A stretch of 64,000 nt of DNA from Roseibacillus sp. (GCA_051251855.1 JBPOGI010000001.1:960001-1024000), one strand, 5' to 3'; counted from the stretch's first letter, positions 50,601 through 56,453 are shown. The notes: generated by a model from the letters alone, not told the origin. Made by a program: numbers and translations.

Positions 50601-50644
50601 CTGAAAATTTTTTCCGAATTGAGTCCTATGAGACACTTCCCTAG
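35693..50644 (+). CDS. Giant (~4,983 aa) secreted multidomain surface protein: LamG-like/DUF4082-like repeats, FN3-associated (CHB_HEX_C), PA14, Calx-beta-like, CARDB, Cys-rich core, Ig/cadherin-like repeats
   Basis: Uninterrupted ORF; signal peptide MNIRRFLFWIVLGTILSGNLLRG; 5x WLRAD...W.D.SG...FDG.DD; 6x (R/H/Y)YT.D(G/A)S.P; PA14 FSVRWTG..DDGARL; CARDB LPDL...E..ESNN. Confidence 0.9.
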   Translation: MNIRRFLFWIVLGTILSGNLLRGQIPPVNNPEVWLRGDLGVVTDGGGLIERWEDQSGNSYHFEQLDGTKRPSLAPHGFVVGGGVLNEIPRNSNGNATWGGTVATDLVIDEEVQVTELAVFDQNQDGLSETITVALWQRLENGTPNVFEDDIEGAILVQLDFTTASPGTLDGNRRWKTLAAPLTLPPGSYSLGAWGYGVQNYHFYNDATPSPASPVRRVGWGRFSDTTAPGAWPNNRGSGSSTDRYAGAVDMRYEVTGTPTLSRAAVRFDGSNDGLQAVDTLSLSRPGSVFVVYRRDWADAGYILQNTSGTHWYLDHNTAYAGGTVREQDRSWTAPWYAEMQNSADGTRFRTNGEDWTYFGDFNGANPGRLTIGGGAGRSNSPLGVRIAEVLAYERELTDSERWQVNDYLAERYGFETLPVATPKIAPENSIGSGSVSVSITCDTPSAEIRYTIDGSEPDGSSILYGASFSVARGVEVKSKAFLAGNTDSGVAARYYEDSSDSEIPVSGSTMWLRADRGIELDSAGRVARWQDLTGNGRDMTQGTGYQRPELDPSGMELGQGIAIQPSTRSNNGGNAYNGTLGMDFVVTEEIEVTELRAFDHLGDGFATPVTVAIWVRDDGGTALTPEDDLPGVSLVEIEFSAANPGTLGEFSQRVQTLPSPLVLAPGSYTLLGWGFSGDNRYHNGTSGSWPLDKGIEFVNRSRYLGTLGSWPTTLDIDEVKYHNSANFRFNRTSGTVVSRPTVTFDGADDGLWALPATDLANPATVYVVYDRQGTDSGYVMQSSPGQNWWFLRNDGAFNNNWIQNRAIPRAKVTIAGMSSDGSGTRFFVDGNDWTERPGQVGAPSRLTLGGGVGRSIDPLWVEVAEVVAFDRVLDANERLEVENWLRTRYLDEGAIGPEVVVSPEGDFGASSVSVELSSISGAEIRYTLDASEPTPSSALYSGAILVPRDTKVRARAWLNGNGGTINDEFYGDSGTIELPVAGANLWVRADCGLTYDEDGAVKAWKDLTGNGNDFLQEIPELRPRLDESGLNSSERGAIQATDGNGNGVYAGSLGNDLSVTSPIEVTHLGAFDHLGDGFNGTITVEIWTRNDNGTASRSDDTGGTMLASETFTTASPGTLVGRQQRFKALASAITLAPGEYTVFGWGYVGGDRYREGRGSTQINDNRFSFPACVYNGTAGAFPTVVDGSGPLDYNGVANFRVTPVSPVAQVPAIVFDGVNDVIHGVDTMNFGRPSTVFTVFEIDRDENGDVIQNTSGTAWAIDKRGFYAGNWVRLEDFAIGQPTLATMVNGADYTEAWRNGKNVTTNRTLSTGSPGRLIMGGGENGVSVDPLPVRISEVIVFERILDEGELNLMSNYLAERNGLYLPRAEMPEIGPFASYGSGPVEVNLSSVTPGAELRYTIDGSEPTATSLLYSGPFNVARGTLVRARAFGPGLQASTISETFFGDEAMHPLPVTDPAMWLRADVGVEEGVNGGVERWRDLSGNGHDVVQVSEARAPQRITGQFGGSGQSRLMAPNESPLGLGAYNGFLAADFQVDYPIEVTHLGAFDSLGDGIAGAITVKLYETDDGGTSGNSNADRADDTLVSLLGELTFTNANPGVLDQGIRLLPLPSPIILQPGIYTLYATGYTGADTYLSQDLTNQPVGFGVTMLNRSRYSGTEGALFPGIAVNDDRYLMVANCRFQPVGFGGTSPASDAIRFDGSDDGLLGPADFLVDRPSTVFMVFDQLSSSQGRLLQSGSGANYLLGPHSGTQGLFANGWVAQRPVSPNQPALVIGEQGTDYSRYFYAGSEFTQEPNFTGNLGRVALGGGEGVYFQPTNADLAELVIYDRVLSVSERQAVAQSLSDKHGLAPQPLPAPEMTPDGGLYASSQTVTISSPILGSEIRYTLDGSEPDVASTLYTGSLTIAADTVVKARSYAAGYLAGPVQTGAFFIDSGAPVPPSRSTMELWLRAEKGVEGSGSDVTVWRDLSGRGADATVVGSTNLPQLNASAIGGAPGVVFDGIDDYLRLEPGFEGFGSGHTAIFVTNPDESLSNWERLIDFGRATNVDNLFFGRSAATTDFVLGTRSGSTAGGLGATDAFRSLSDQILTVVQNSDGRTRIYRNGNLEVESPSILLPRDILRTRNYVGRSNRTADAYFSGAISEIILFEGALDDFEREVFEDQIRATYGIASSATGTVGFSPDSTSLYPSGVSVVLQSATPGAAIHYTLDGSIPDEASPLYASPIALAQSSRVRARAFFVGLNPSNLSETTYLVGDPPSSGDGLLGNYYDNEDFTGASLTRVDPTVAFDWGSGSPDPAIDSNSFSVRWTGQVVPRFTEDYVFSTFDDGARLWVDLNQNGTFEDATELLIDELDASSFVERFAPPVAMVAGELYDIQLEYQEETGTARVSLRWESFSEPLAVIPQSQLFSDAEFGQTVTTPVISPVGGTYTAAVDVTIDTTTAGSTLYYTVDGSLPDEGSPVYTGVFVVPADTTVRARAYKAGFNPSGVDTKVYDIDAQPPTITSFAWDGSELLGGETFVASGQFSIEATDNQGVASAEFYYQPVGFSNQVLIGRDTFPSNGLTTNWNVASVPDGSYDIILRVFDTAGTFSETSRQVDVSLITLAAPVISQPVTGFEIEEPTVSLRVDTLPSANVRIRRDGILIFSGYANTSGILNYVASVPVGTSSFVATAVNRAGSSPSSNSVAVTRVREFPQLTLSFSSDTLAEGSPLNGLVSIPVAVAENVSVVISSNRPGEVEALAAVTIVAGDTSAPFILNAVQDARVEAMSMVRVTATAPNHRDGVGNLMLMDDDTPILTLEIDEVSVAEDFGTVTARVSRANSTSLSQRISLSNSAPDQVSVPAFVTIPSGQTEIGFTMSVNDDDLADGNQFVSIQAIVESSGQVVSSSTVEILEVRDNEGPSLALIPNASLLTEGSVNTFTLRRSGIAVTESLVVSLEQTPTGEVTAPATVTFPANSSEISVSVTALDSSNPGTRTVILRATAVGYTDGLARFSVTDEVLPDLAPDQLTSPLIAKSEKSIPISYRVRNLGLAETEDVSYLERVYLSDDPSPSDDDTIVYQVEQTGAVGAGGSYARNVSIFTPREEGQYFIIVTIDAADAVTEVLESNNTIVRTTPLEVQPAYSVTVQTAETMIPANTPIEFTGSATTSEGLAAAFSTVSIHIGMGDTERVITAFTDALGVFSATWTPLPNEGGSYTIGATHPGTTSAPVQDSFEILTIGFDQPPAVSLKEGESVIVQTTLSNPNEQALTGVSLDVVSDLPSGLTITPMLPSTTIPAGGELMVPITVSAGNGFSGTGFFGLEVSTAEGVVRSQGISVRSQLLVPVLTLDPSSLVCSVLRGSSKTVSFEVTNTGGLQTGAIQVLIPDVTWMSLISSNPLASLAPGESTTVNLQLAPDSTVDLTLFTGNLALNAENGGSRNINYRFRVVSDLMGDLAVTVVDEAYYFTEEAPALEEARVVVRDAITSQQIAEFTTGVDGVASFPNLMEGWYRVEVTAEQHDRFSGNVFVDAGSTKEELIFISRQLVNYSWTVEEIEIEDTYRIKIETTFETNVPAPVVTLAPAVINVEELQELSQQKVVNITITNHGFIAAQNSEFVFSSHPFYTFTPLISSLGTIPPRTSVVIPVTVSRTGIYTSEGNVITLDPSVVIPTGPCGIPCGAGGGLCYSYPCGPNDVNKCSNIGFSGIDGDCGTKGGSSESYLAFHGGFYGGGGGGGGGGGGAGGSGLSFALPDPCDPCLARAFAECLIGFVPGLGCVYGTMKCVSSANQAAGGAGGTASTIFGTNGNTQAEAYVNCMNAIASCAADASKLSPLGWFISAVQCQQAFSACGGSGASGGGGSSLRSAESSDSKSDKSLGGEKSGGSLNETLASQLGEPWLELMSEGDRARSAEVADAVSGVEALFDLMAVMLGSRERYLLTNEPGGKEWFAAYMVAIQSTSEDGRIMSASELSQLTTLANAVTGGSAPLGAAAERWNRSVVYGAMEIFEDSDVPAGDSTDFIANSLFFAAIERGTVVYDESLEDGFLDPTEKFAVTLNDYLNSLTEGGGGVCARVKIEISQDLMLTRTAFEATLVLENEREDAEVTNVGFDLQIRDLLGEPSEDLFNIQVSKLENLGAIDGTGVIAEDLSGKVQWTLIPRDTAALTEETQYTVGGVITFTQDGLSYTIPVENVPITVRPDASLTLKYFHQRDVYSDDPYTDAIEPSVPYKLAVLVENSGYGAARDLKIISGQPEIVENESGLIIDFKIIATQVDGLPMTPSLTADFGDLPPQESSIATWFLTSTLQGLFIDYKATFEHLSGLGDSRISLLQSVEIHETIRFIEAKDGSQAFLVNDVPDVNDYPDTIHFEDGSIDLVTVSESASVIGSLGGGNFQVTLETGAFSGWNYIRVPDPSEGDYQLVGVTRSDGGILPLDFNAWTSDRTFIGQGRRPRYEDILHLVDCDSPGSYILTYATNPAADSVPPSSSVTALPATSPKDIPVFWSGTDNVGVALYDVFVSSDGGPWAQWRDNTAEVGAVYPGTVGETYSFYSVAIDVAGNNEVKPPLAEATTEVVNNNLSPSIVAISDQSIGEGETFQLQALANDPDGNNADIRFLVGTGATGLTIDPITGQMQWVTGETTGGSAVSVIVVARDAADPAGVANEEFTITVQEVNSAPTISSVGPQTLEEGGMLIVDIDSDDGDVPVQGLTYSLGASSPSGASVDSASGVVTWMPTSAQADQSHVITVRVVDNGSPNLMAETSFSVTVIGEDDLAPVFNAVPILLWLEGQSYSFDVVAVDPNGDPITLGANVSGAPGASFADLGGGIGRVDWDTSGVPSSSYIISLIASANGLSTNGQLVIRVEEDDLYWSWVEDEFGEVLPAGLAAADIAFDGDPDGDLRTNVHEMALLTDPLKSDQPKIELELIQQGNFRLIQLEILRRTGSEAYVELYPFRSDDLKGPWEFVPESDWNVAFDRFGDEDSRPETESVEFSILEFDSEELPAENFFRIESYETLP
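35770..41490 (+). repeat. Four ~1.43-kb (~475 aa) diverged tandem coding repeats within the giant gene
   Basis: WLRxD motif recurs at ~35790, ~37223, ~38648 and ~40070 (fifth, shorter copy at ~41531), each followed by FD..GDG, PG.Y.L, FDG.DD and IRYT.DGSEP blocks. Confidence 0.85.
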
Positions 50645-50689
50645 GAACACAAGCAGGGTATTCCTCTCACTATCTTGACGGAGGTTCCT

Positions 50690-50718
50690 TTGGCACTTCT
50701 GAATGGTTACGCTAACAT
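50690..50718 (+). promoter_or_regulatory. Putative recR promoter
   Basis: TTGGCA-N17-TAACAT, 9 nt upstream of the ATG. Confidence 0.55.
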
Positions 50719-50727
50719 CTTTGGGAG

Positions 50728-51336
50728 ATGGCTAGAGTTGATTATCCTGAAGTAGTAGGGGAGTTAATCGGTGAACTGAAACGTTTGCCCGGAGTGGGAC
50801 CGCGTAGTGCGGAGCGCATTGCGATTTGGCTGTTGCAGAATGAACGAGCCAATCCGCTCGAGTTGGCCGCGGCTCTTCATAATGCTAAGACCGAGATTAG
50901 CAATTGTCAGGTTTGTGGTTTCTTCGCCACACAAGAGGGTTGCCCAGTTTGCAGCGATACTCGCCGAGAGCTGAATCGCATCTGTGTGGTGGAGCAGCCG
51001 GCCGAAGTGTTGCCTCTCGAGAGGTCAGGGGTGTTTAGGGGGCTTTACCATTGCTTGGGCGGCAAGCTATCTCCGCTCGATAATGTGACTCCCGATGACT
51101 TGCGAATCGGGGAGTTGGTGCGCCGAGTGAGTGTGAGCGAGGTTCCGATTGAAGTCGTTCTTGCGGTGGGTGCAGATGTGGAAGGAGAAGCGACTGCTAG
51201 TTATCTTGCTGATGTTTTGAAGGGGGAAAATTGTGAAGTGACCCGATTAGCGCAAGGACTCCCGGCAGGTGGTGGATTGGAGTTCGCAGACGATCTTACA
51301 CTGACGAGAGCGTTTGAAGGTCGCAAAAGCCTTTGA
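50728..51336 (+). CDS. recR: Recombination mediator RecR
   Basis: LPGVGPRSAERIA, C4 Zn finger, CVVEQP, EGEATA.YL, LAQGLP.GG.LE. Confidence 0.96.
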   Translation: MARVDYPEVVGELIGELKRLPGVGPRSAERIAIWLLQNERANPLELAAALHNAKTEISNCQVCGFFATQEGCPVCSDTRRELNRICVVEQPAEVLPLERSGVFRGLYHCLGGKLSPLDNVTPDDLRIGELVRRVSVSEVPIEVVLAVGADVEGEATASYLADVLKGENCEVTRLAQGLPAGGGLEFADDLTLTRAFEGRKSL

Positions 51337-51379
51337 GGGAAATTTGGACAATTATTCAACAATGTTTGAACATCTCGAT

Positions 51380-51540
51380 AGGTCGAGAGTCTTAACCCCT
51401 GAACATCGCATTGGAACACGGTGTTCAACTTCATAAAATGGTTACAAAGTGTTTGAGTTAACTCTCGTCCGTGAGTGCGGGTCCGAGGGTGACGACAACA
51501 ACGCCGCCGGGCTCGAGTGAGTCTGGCGGCGGTCTTTTGT
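51380..51540 (+). ncRNA. Candidate structured non-coding RNA, family unassigned
   Basis: Nested stems CGAGAG..TTAAC/GTTAA-CTCTCG and TGAACATCG/CGGTGTTCA; possible upstream promoter; terminal terminator; no credible ORF. Confidence 0.4.
51502..51540 (+). terminator. Intrinsic terminator, possibly bidirectional, between recR and skp
   Basis: CGCCGCCGGGCTC-GAGT-GAGTCTGGCGGCG followed by GTCTTTTGT; G-U pairs favour the plus strand. Confidence 0.75.
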
Positions 51541-51549
51541 ACAGAAGTC

Positions 51550-52131
51550 TTATTCTGCCTCTTGTGTGTTAGGGGTATCCGCTGGAGCGCTTTTATTCAG
51601 GCGTTCTACAATCAGGGAAGTGATATCAGTCTTGTTTCTTAGATAGATAACAGGAGAAATCTGGGAGGAAGTCTTACCCGCGTTTTCGAGGACAAAGTCG
51701 TAATTCTCTTCTCTACAGACTTTGGAGATCTCTTTGCGAACGATAACAATAATCTCTTCAAGTGATTCGACGAGCTCGCGGGTAGCCTTTTGCTTTTCAT
51801 CGGCAAGATACCGTTCCATCTCTTGGATGAGAGATTGATGCTCAATCGCGAGCGAATTGAACTCTTCGGCAGCTAACTCACGGGTCTCCGCGGCAAGGGT
51901 TTTGTCACGGACGGTCTTCGCTAAATCCTTGAGCTTTGCATCCGTTTCTTGGACCGCAACGACTCGAGATGAAGTCTTTAGAGCCTCAATTTTGGCTTGG
52001 ACATCCTTCTCGATTTTTAGTTTCAGGTGATAATTTAAGTAAACTTCATCCATGTTGATCACCCCAATCTTCGGTTGCGCGGAGGAGGTGAGGGCGCTTA
52101 AGAGAAACAAGAAGCTGAGGAACACTTTCAT
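51550..52131 (-). CDS. skp: OmpH/Skp-family periplasmic chaperone
   Basis: Signal peptide, KIGVINMDEV, long helices, YDFVLE...DITS.IVERLN. Confidence 0.8.
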   Translation of the reverse strand: MKVFLSFLFLLSALTSSAQPKIGVINMDEVYLNYHLKLKIEKDVQAKIEALKTSSRVVAVQETDAKLKDLAKTVRDKTLAAETRELAAEEFNSLAIEHQSLIQEMERYLADEKQKATRELVESLEEIIVIVRKEISKVCREENYDFVLENAGKTSSQISPVIYLRNKTDITSLIVERLNKSAPADTPNTQEAE

Positions 52132-52201
52132 GATACCGATGAAAGTGTTCTTTTGTTCCGGATCTGTCGAGTGGTGGCTTTGTCAGGTGATGGAGCGGAC
52201 C

Positions 52202-53719
52202 TTAGTAGCTCCGTCCCCACAAGGCACGTTGCCGAGTAGGCTCCCCAGTAAGCAAGCAAGGAGCCTCGGTAGCGCCGTCTTCGATGAGAGGAAGACAGCG
52301 AATCGATATTTTGTGTTTTTTGGAAAGTTCTTCTTCCTTCTCTCGGCTGCCATTCCAAGGAGTCAGCAACCAGCCGGGATTGTTATCTGAACTCCAATGG
52401 CTTTCGAAGACCTCCAAATCGTAACACTCCTGAGTGCCTTCATCGCGCAAGCTGGTAGCCCTTTGAAGGAGACCCTGATGAACGGCGTCCAAGTGGGTCT
52501 GGACTTCGCGAAGGAAGTCTTCTCGGTCGAGAAATTGTTTGTCGCGAATGGGTTGGTCACGGCGTTGTAGACAGACCTTCTGCCCTTCAAGGTCGCGCGG
52601 TCCGATTTCGATGCGAAGAGGTACTCCTTTCTTGACCCATTCCCACTTCTTTTGACCACCGCCCATATCGCGGTCATCAACGTGAACGCGCAGGGGTTGT
52701 CCGTGGAAGGTCTGAGCTCCGAGAGTGGCTGCGAGGGCCTCACAAGAATCCAAGATAGCTTGGCGGGAATCTTCTTTGGGCGTGACGGGAATGATGACAA
52801 TTTGTTTAGGAGCCACGCGTGGGGGCAGAACGAGACCATCATCATCTGAATGCGCCATGATGAGGGTTCCGATGAGTCGGGTAGATACGCCCCAAGAAGT
52901 TGTGTATGCGAACTGCTTCTGATTCTCGCGATCGACGAAGCTGATGTCTTGAGCCTGCGAAAAATTCTGCCCCATGAAGTGAGAAGTTCCGGCCTGAATG
53001 GCTTTGCGGTCTTGCACCATAGCTTCAACGGTAAGGGTCATTTCGGCACCAGGGAAACGCTCAGCTTCGGTCTTTTCCCCCATCACTACAGGAATGGCGA
53101 GAATGTCGCGGAGGAAGTCGGAGTAGAGTTGGTGAATGGAGCTCGCTTCGGTGACGGCTTCGGTGGCGGTTTCGTGAGCGGTGTGTCCTTCTTGCCAAAG
53201 GAATTCAGCGGTGCGCAGGAAGAGGCGAGGGCGCATTTCCCAGCGCATGACGTTTGCCCATTGGTTGATGAGCAGAGGAAGGTCGCGATAGCTCTCGACC
53301 CAGCGTGAAAAGGCAGCCCCAATGATGGTCTCGGATGTGGGGCGAATGACGTAAGGTTCGGTGAGCTTTCCAGCGGGAACCATAGTTGTTTTTCCACTTT
53401 CGGGATCCTTCTGAGCTTCGAGGCGATGATGGGTGACCACAGCGCACTCGGTAGCAAAGCCTTCGGCATGCTCGGCCTCTTTTTCTAAGTAGGAAAGAGG
53501 AATAAGGAGAGGGAAATAGGCGTTTTCGTGGCCAGTGGCTTTGAAGCGGGCGTCGAGATCGTTTTGAATAAGCTCCCAGATTCCGTAGCCCCACGGTTTG
53601 ATCACCATGCACCCGCGGGTTTCCGAGTTCTCGGCCATATCGGCACCTTTGATGACTTGCTGATACCATTCGGGAAAGTCGTCGCTACGAATGGGAGTGA
53701 TTGCGGTTTTGTCAGCCAT
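52202..53719 (-). CDS. proS: Proline--tRNA ligase, archaeal/eukaryotic-like type
   Basis: DFPEWYQQVI, RPTSET, QWANVMRWE, EFLWQEGHT, QAGTSH, C-terminal GRSY. Confidence 0.96.
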   Translation of the reverse strand: MADKTAITPIRSDDFPEWYQQVIKGADMAENSETRGCMVIKPWGYGIWELIQNDLDARFKATGHENAYFPLLIPLSYLEKEAEHAEGFATECAVVTHHRLEAQKDPESGKTTMVPAGKLTEPYVIRPTSETIIGAAFSRWVESYRDLPLLINQWANVMRWEMRPRLFLRTAEFLWQEGHTAHETATEAVTEASSIHQLYSDFLRDILAIPVVMGEKTEAERFPGAEMTLTVEAMVQDRKAIQAGTSHFMGQNFSQAQDISFVDRENQKQFAYTTSWGVSTRLIGTLIMAHSDDDGLVLPPRVAPKQIVIIPVTPKEDSRQAILDSCEALAATLGAQTFHGQPLRVHVDDRDMGGGQKKWEWVKKGVPLRIEIGPRDLEGQKVCLQRRDQPIRDKQFLDREDFLREVQTHLDAVHQGLLQRATSLRDEGTQECYDLEVFESHWSSDNNPGWLLTPWNGSREKEEELSKKHKISIRCLPLIEDGATEAPCLLTGEPTRQRALWGRSY

Positions 53720-53776
53720 GTTGTTAATACGATGCGTTAGGATGTTTGAGCGTAAAATGCAATAGGTTCGATTGCC

Positions 53777-54463
53777 CTAGCGAATCCAAGAGCCGTTGAC
53801 CTGAGGCATTCTTCCAAAACTGAGGTGTGAGTAGTCGGTCTTGCCCTTGGCTCCGACCAGGGTAACTCCGGTGGCACGCTTCCAATAGGCTGACATCGAT
53901 TCGCCGGTGTGGCATCCGTAGGACTGGCAAAGAGCATTGGAGCTGAAGACGCTCCCTTTGATGCGCCCGAGTTCAGTTTCATGAATCCACGATTTACAGG
54001 AAGCCATGATTTCGTTGCTATAATCGAGGAGGAAACAATGTTTGTTGGAGTGGCCAAAGAAGTCGAAGTTGGACACTGAACCTCTGGGCAAGGCATTCAT
54101 GTTCCGGAAAAAGTCGGCACTTGAGTTGAGCCAGATGAGCTTGGCGCGCCGCTTGGTCGCTTGTTCGGTGATCCAAGTGACGTAGGGCTTTCCCTCTTCA
54201 CGCCCACGAGTGACGTAGCCTGGTTTATAGACCATCCAGACAACTTTGGTATTCTCGCCGTAGGCTTTCTGGAGAATGTCCATGCGCATAGTGGAAGCGC
54301 GCACAAAGTTAGCCCACCAGCGGTCGTGCTGGTCGGGGCCAACTCGAAGCTCTTCCCAACTGCGCAGAGCAGGGCCGCCACAGAGAATGACATGAACCTG
54401 CTGAGCCGTAGCAGCCAGTTGGCTGAAGGAGAGGAAAAGGAGGATAGCCGCAAGCGTCTTCAT
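53777..54463 (-). CDS. Secreted hypothetical protein, putative clan-CD (caspase-like) cysteine peptidase
   Basis: Signal peptide; FDFFGHSN and QSYGCHTG; promoter TTGGTC-N17-TAGGAT-N6-ATG. Confidence 0.75.
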   Translation of the reverse strand: MKTLAAILLFLSFSQLAATAQQVHVILCGGPALRSWEELRVGPDQHDRWWANFVRASTMRMDILQKAYGENTKVVWMVYKPGYVTRGREEGKPYVTWITEQATKRRAKLIWLNSSADFFRNMNALPRGSVSNFDFFGHSNKHCFLLDYSNEIMASCKSWIHETELGRIKGSVFSSNALCQSYGCHTGESMSAYWKRATGVTLVGAKGKTDYSHLSFGRMPQVNGSWIR

Positions 54464-54607
54464 GGCGTGATCCTAGCGAAGGAGAAGGGGGGGACCAAGC
54501 GAAGAGTGTGACTGAGAATGGGAACTTTTCGGTTCGGGCGCGGTATCAATCAGCTTTGCAAAGAAACTCTCGATAAAAAGTAAGAGACATCTTAGCGCAA
54601 GCAGTGG

Positions 54608-54874
54608 TTATGGTTTTTGGGCACCGTAAGCGAATCCAATAGTGGCCGCTTCAAGAGGCTCCTCGGAATGATCAGAGAGGGACTCGAGAACAGCTTGGAC
54701 ACGGGTTTTCCCTGAGGGAGGATTTTGCATGGCTTGCAGAGCGCTCATGAAGGCAGGATGCCGGAAATCGGCCTCGCCCTCCATCCGATCAAGACGGTCT
54801 AGAAACGAGGCGATATCGATGAGCTTTGCACGCGAATCCATGAAATAGAGGTCTTGTGTTTCTTTTTTAGTCAT
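54608..54874 (-). CDS. Small hypothetical protein
   Basis: Helical 88-aa ORF, DLYFMDSRAKLIDIASFLDRLDR. Confidence 0.75.
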   Translation of the reverse strand: MTKKETQDLYFMDSRAKLIDIASFLDRLDRMEGEADFRHPAFMSALQAMQNPPSGKTRVQAVLESLSDHSEEPLEAATIGFAYGAQKP

Positions 54875-54920
54875 AGGGAATCTTTGATGAGATTGAATGA
54901 GGAATCAAGGAGAAGCATTA

Positions 54921-56174
54921 TTACTCAGAAGGTTTTTGAAGGTGTTCTATAGCGGCCTTGAGCACGGGATCGGTCCATTTCTTGAGGATGTCCTGTGTCT
55001 CAGGGGGAGCCGTGAGCCGTGTTTTAAAGCGTTCAAAATTCGAGAGGTCTACTTCAGAAATCGCGATAGCAATATCGGGGTCAACCCCAACTTCATGGGG
55101 AGTGCGGCCTGAAGGGGTGTGATAAGTGGCAAAGGTGAGGCGAAGCGCGGTGCCTCCATCGCGGCTGGTGATGTTCTGAACGGAACCTTTTCCAAAGGAG
55201 GTCTCTCCAATCAAAGTGGCCCGTTCGAGGTCTTGTAAAGCGGCTCCCACGAGTTCGGAGGCGCTCGCTGAGTTGCGGTCGAGAAGAACGACAAGAGGGT
55301 ATTCACGTTTTACGCGCTGGCGCTCCGCAGTCTTGAGCGCAGGTTGCTGGGCACTAGGCGAACGGCCTTGTGTCGTCACCACTTCAGTGTTGGGTGGAAG
55401 GAAAAGGCTGAGGATGTCGACAGAAATATTGAGGAGGCCTCCGGGGTTTCCGCGAAGGTCAAGAATGAGGGCGTTCATTCCTTGGTCCTCCATTTCGTCA
55501 AGGGCAGCTTCCAATTCGCGGGCCGCGGTCGCGGTGAATTGGGTCAAGCGGGTGTAGCCAATTTCGGGAGCTCCATATTGGTTTAGAAGAAAGGCATCAG
55601 GGAGGGCTGCTTGCTTGATGACTGCATGAAGGAGGTCAACGGTGATCTCTCGTCGAGCGCTCTTTCGGTAAATCGTGAGCTGGAGGCTTTGACCCGGTTG
55701 ACCCATGAGAGTTTTGGTTGCCTCGGGCAGGTCGAGTTCGGTGAGGTCTTGTTCATCTACTCTGAGGAGAGTGTCGCCTTGCCTGAGGCCCGCGCGTTCG
55801 GCAGGGGAGTGGGCTCGAACGCTTCCCAGATAGACTTTGCCATCGCGTTTGCTGAGACTCATACCAAGGCTATGAACCGCAAATTGCTCTTCGATAGCGG
55901 GTCCATCAAAGTCCATGTGTTGAACCGTTTCGGGATGATAGAAGGCAGTAAAGGTATCGAGAGAGTCGAGCATTCCTTCCAAGGCATGATTTACAAGACG
56001 CTCGTAACTCACCTTGTCGGCATCGGGATGATTGCTACGAACTTCTTCTAGAATTTTGATGAATCGTTCGACGTGTTGATAGCCGTCACCGTCATCGGGG
56101 AGAGAAGTGATTTCACCTTCCTGAGCAGCGAGGCAGACGCTGAAGAGAAGGGAAGTCGTAAGGAGGTTTCGCAT
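54921..56174 (-). CDS. S41 family carboxyl-terminal processing peptidase with PDZ domain
   Basis: SPAERAGL, LDLRGNPGGLL, SASASE, GETSFGKGSVQ, YHTPSGR; start MRNLL. Confidence 0.93.
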   Translation of the reverse strand: MRNLLTTSLLFSVCLAAQEGEITSLPDDGDGYQHVERFIKILEEVRSNHPDADKVSYERLVNHALEGMLDSLDTFTAFYHPETVQHMDFDGPAIEEQFAVHSLGMSLSKRDGKVYLGSVRAHSPAERAGLRQGDTLLRVDEQDLTELDLPEATKTLMGQPGQSLQLTIYRKSARREITVDLLHAVIKQAALPDAFLLNQYGAPEIGYTRLTQFTATAARELEAALDEMEDQGMNALILDLRGNPGGLLNISVDILSLFLPPNTEVVTTQGRSPSAQQPALKTAERQRVKREYPLVVLLDRNSASASELVGAALQDLERATLIGETSFGKGSVQNITSRDGGTALRLTFATYHTPSGRTPHEVGVDPDIAIAISEVDLSNFERFKTRLTAPPETQDILKKWTDPVLKAAIEHLQKPSE

Positions 56175-56373
56175 AGCTGAGCCTTTCGAATCTGGAGCAT
56201 GGAGTCCAGACATCTCATGAGGAGGACGCTGGCGAAATTTTCGAGTAAGAAGGGCTGATTGAGCGATCTGGTGAACACGATATTGTCAAAAAATACTCTT
56301 GAGGTGACTGTAAGTAACTCCCAGTAAGAGTGATATTGATATTTTAATTTTGCGGGAAAGTGAGACCCCAGTG

Positions 56374-56402
56374 TTGGCATGAGGTGGTCTCCACGATAGT
56401 AT
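56374..56402 (+). promoter_or_regulatory. Putative promoter of the HD-ybeY operon
   Basis: TTGGCA-N17-TAGTAT, overlapped by the inverted repeat GTGAGACC/GGTCTCCAC. Confidence 0.45.
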
Positions 56403-56453
56403 TCGGGCTTCGAGTGATAGCGTTGGCTGCATTTGAAACAAACCAAACCGATT

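Noticed and set aside
51360..51430. GAACA/TGTTC words as LexA boxes, or SRP RNA near recR
   Set aside because: Spacing fits neither TGTTC-N4-GAACA nor GAAC-N4-GTTC, the site is downstream of recR, and there is no SRP CAGG..GGAA..AGCAG motif.
56280..56400. c-di-AMP (ydaO) or ZTP riboswitch upstream of the HD gene
   Set aside because: Small alternative hairpins exist but the consensus motifs are absent, and the best promoter lies downstream of them.
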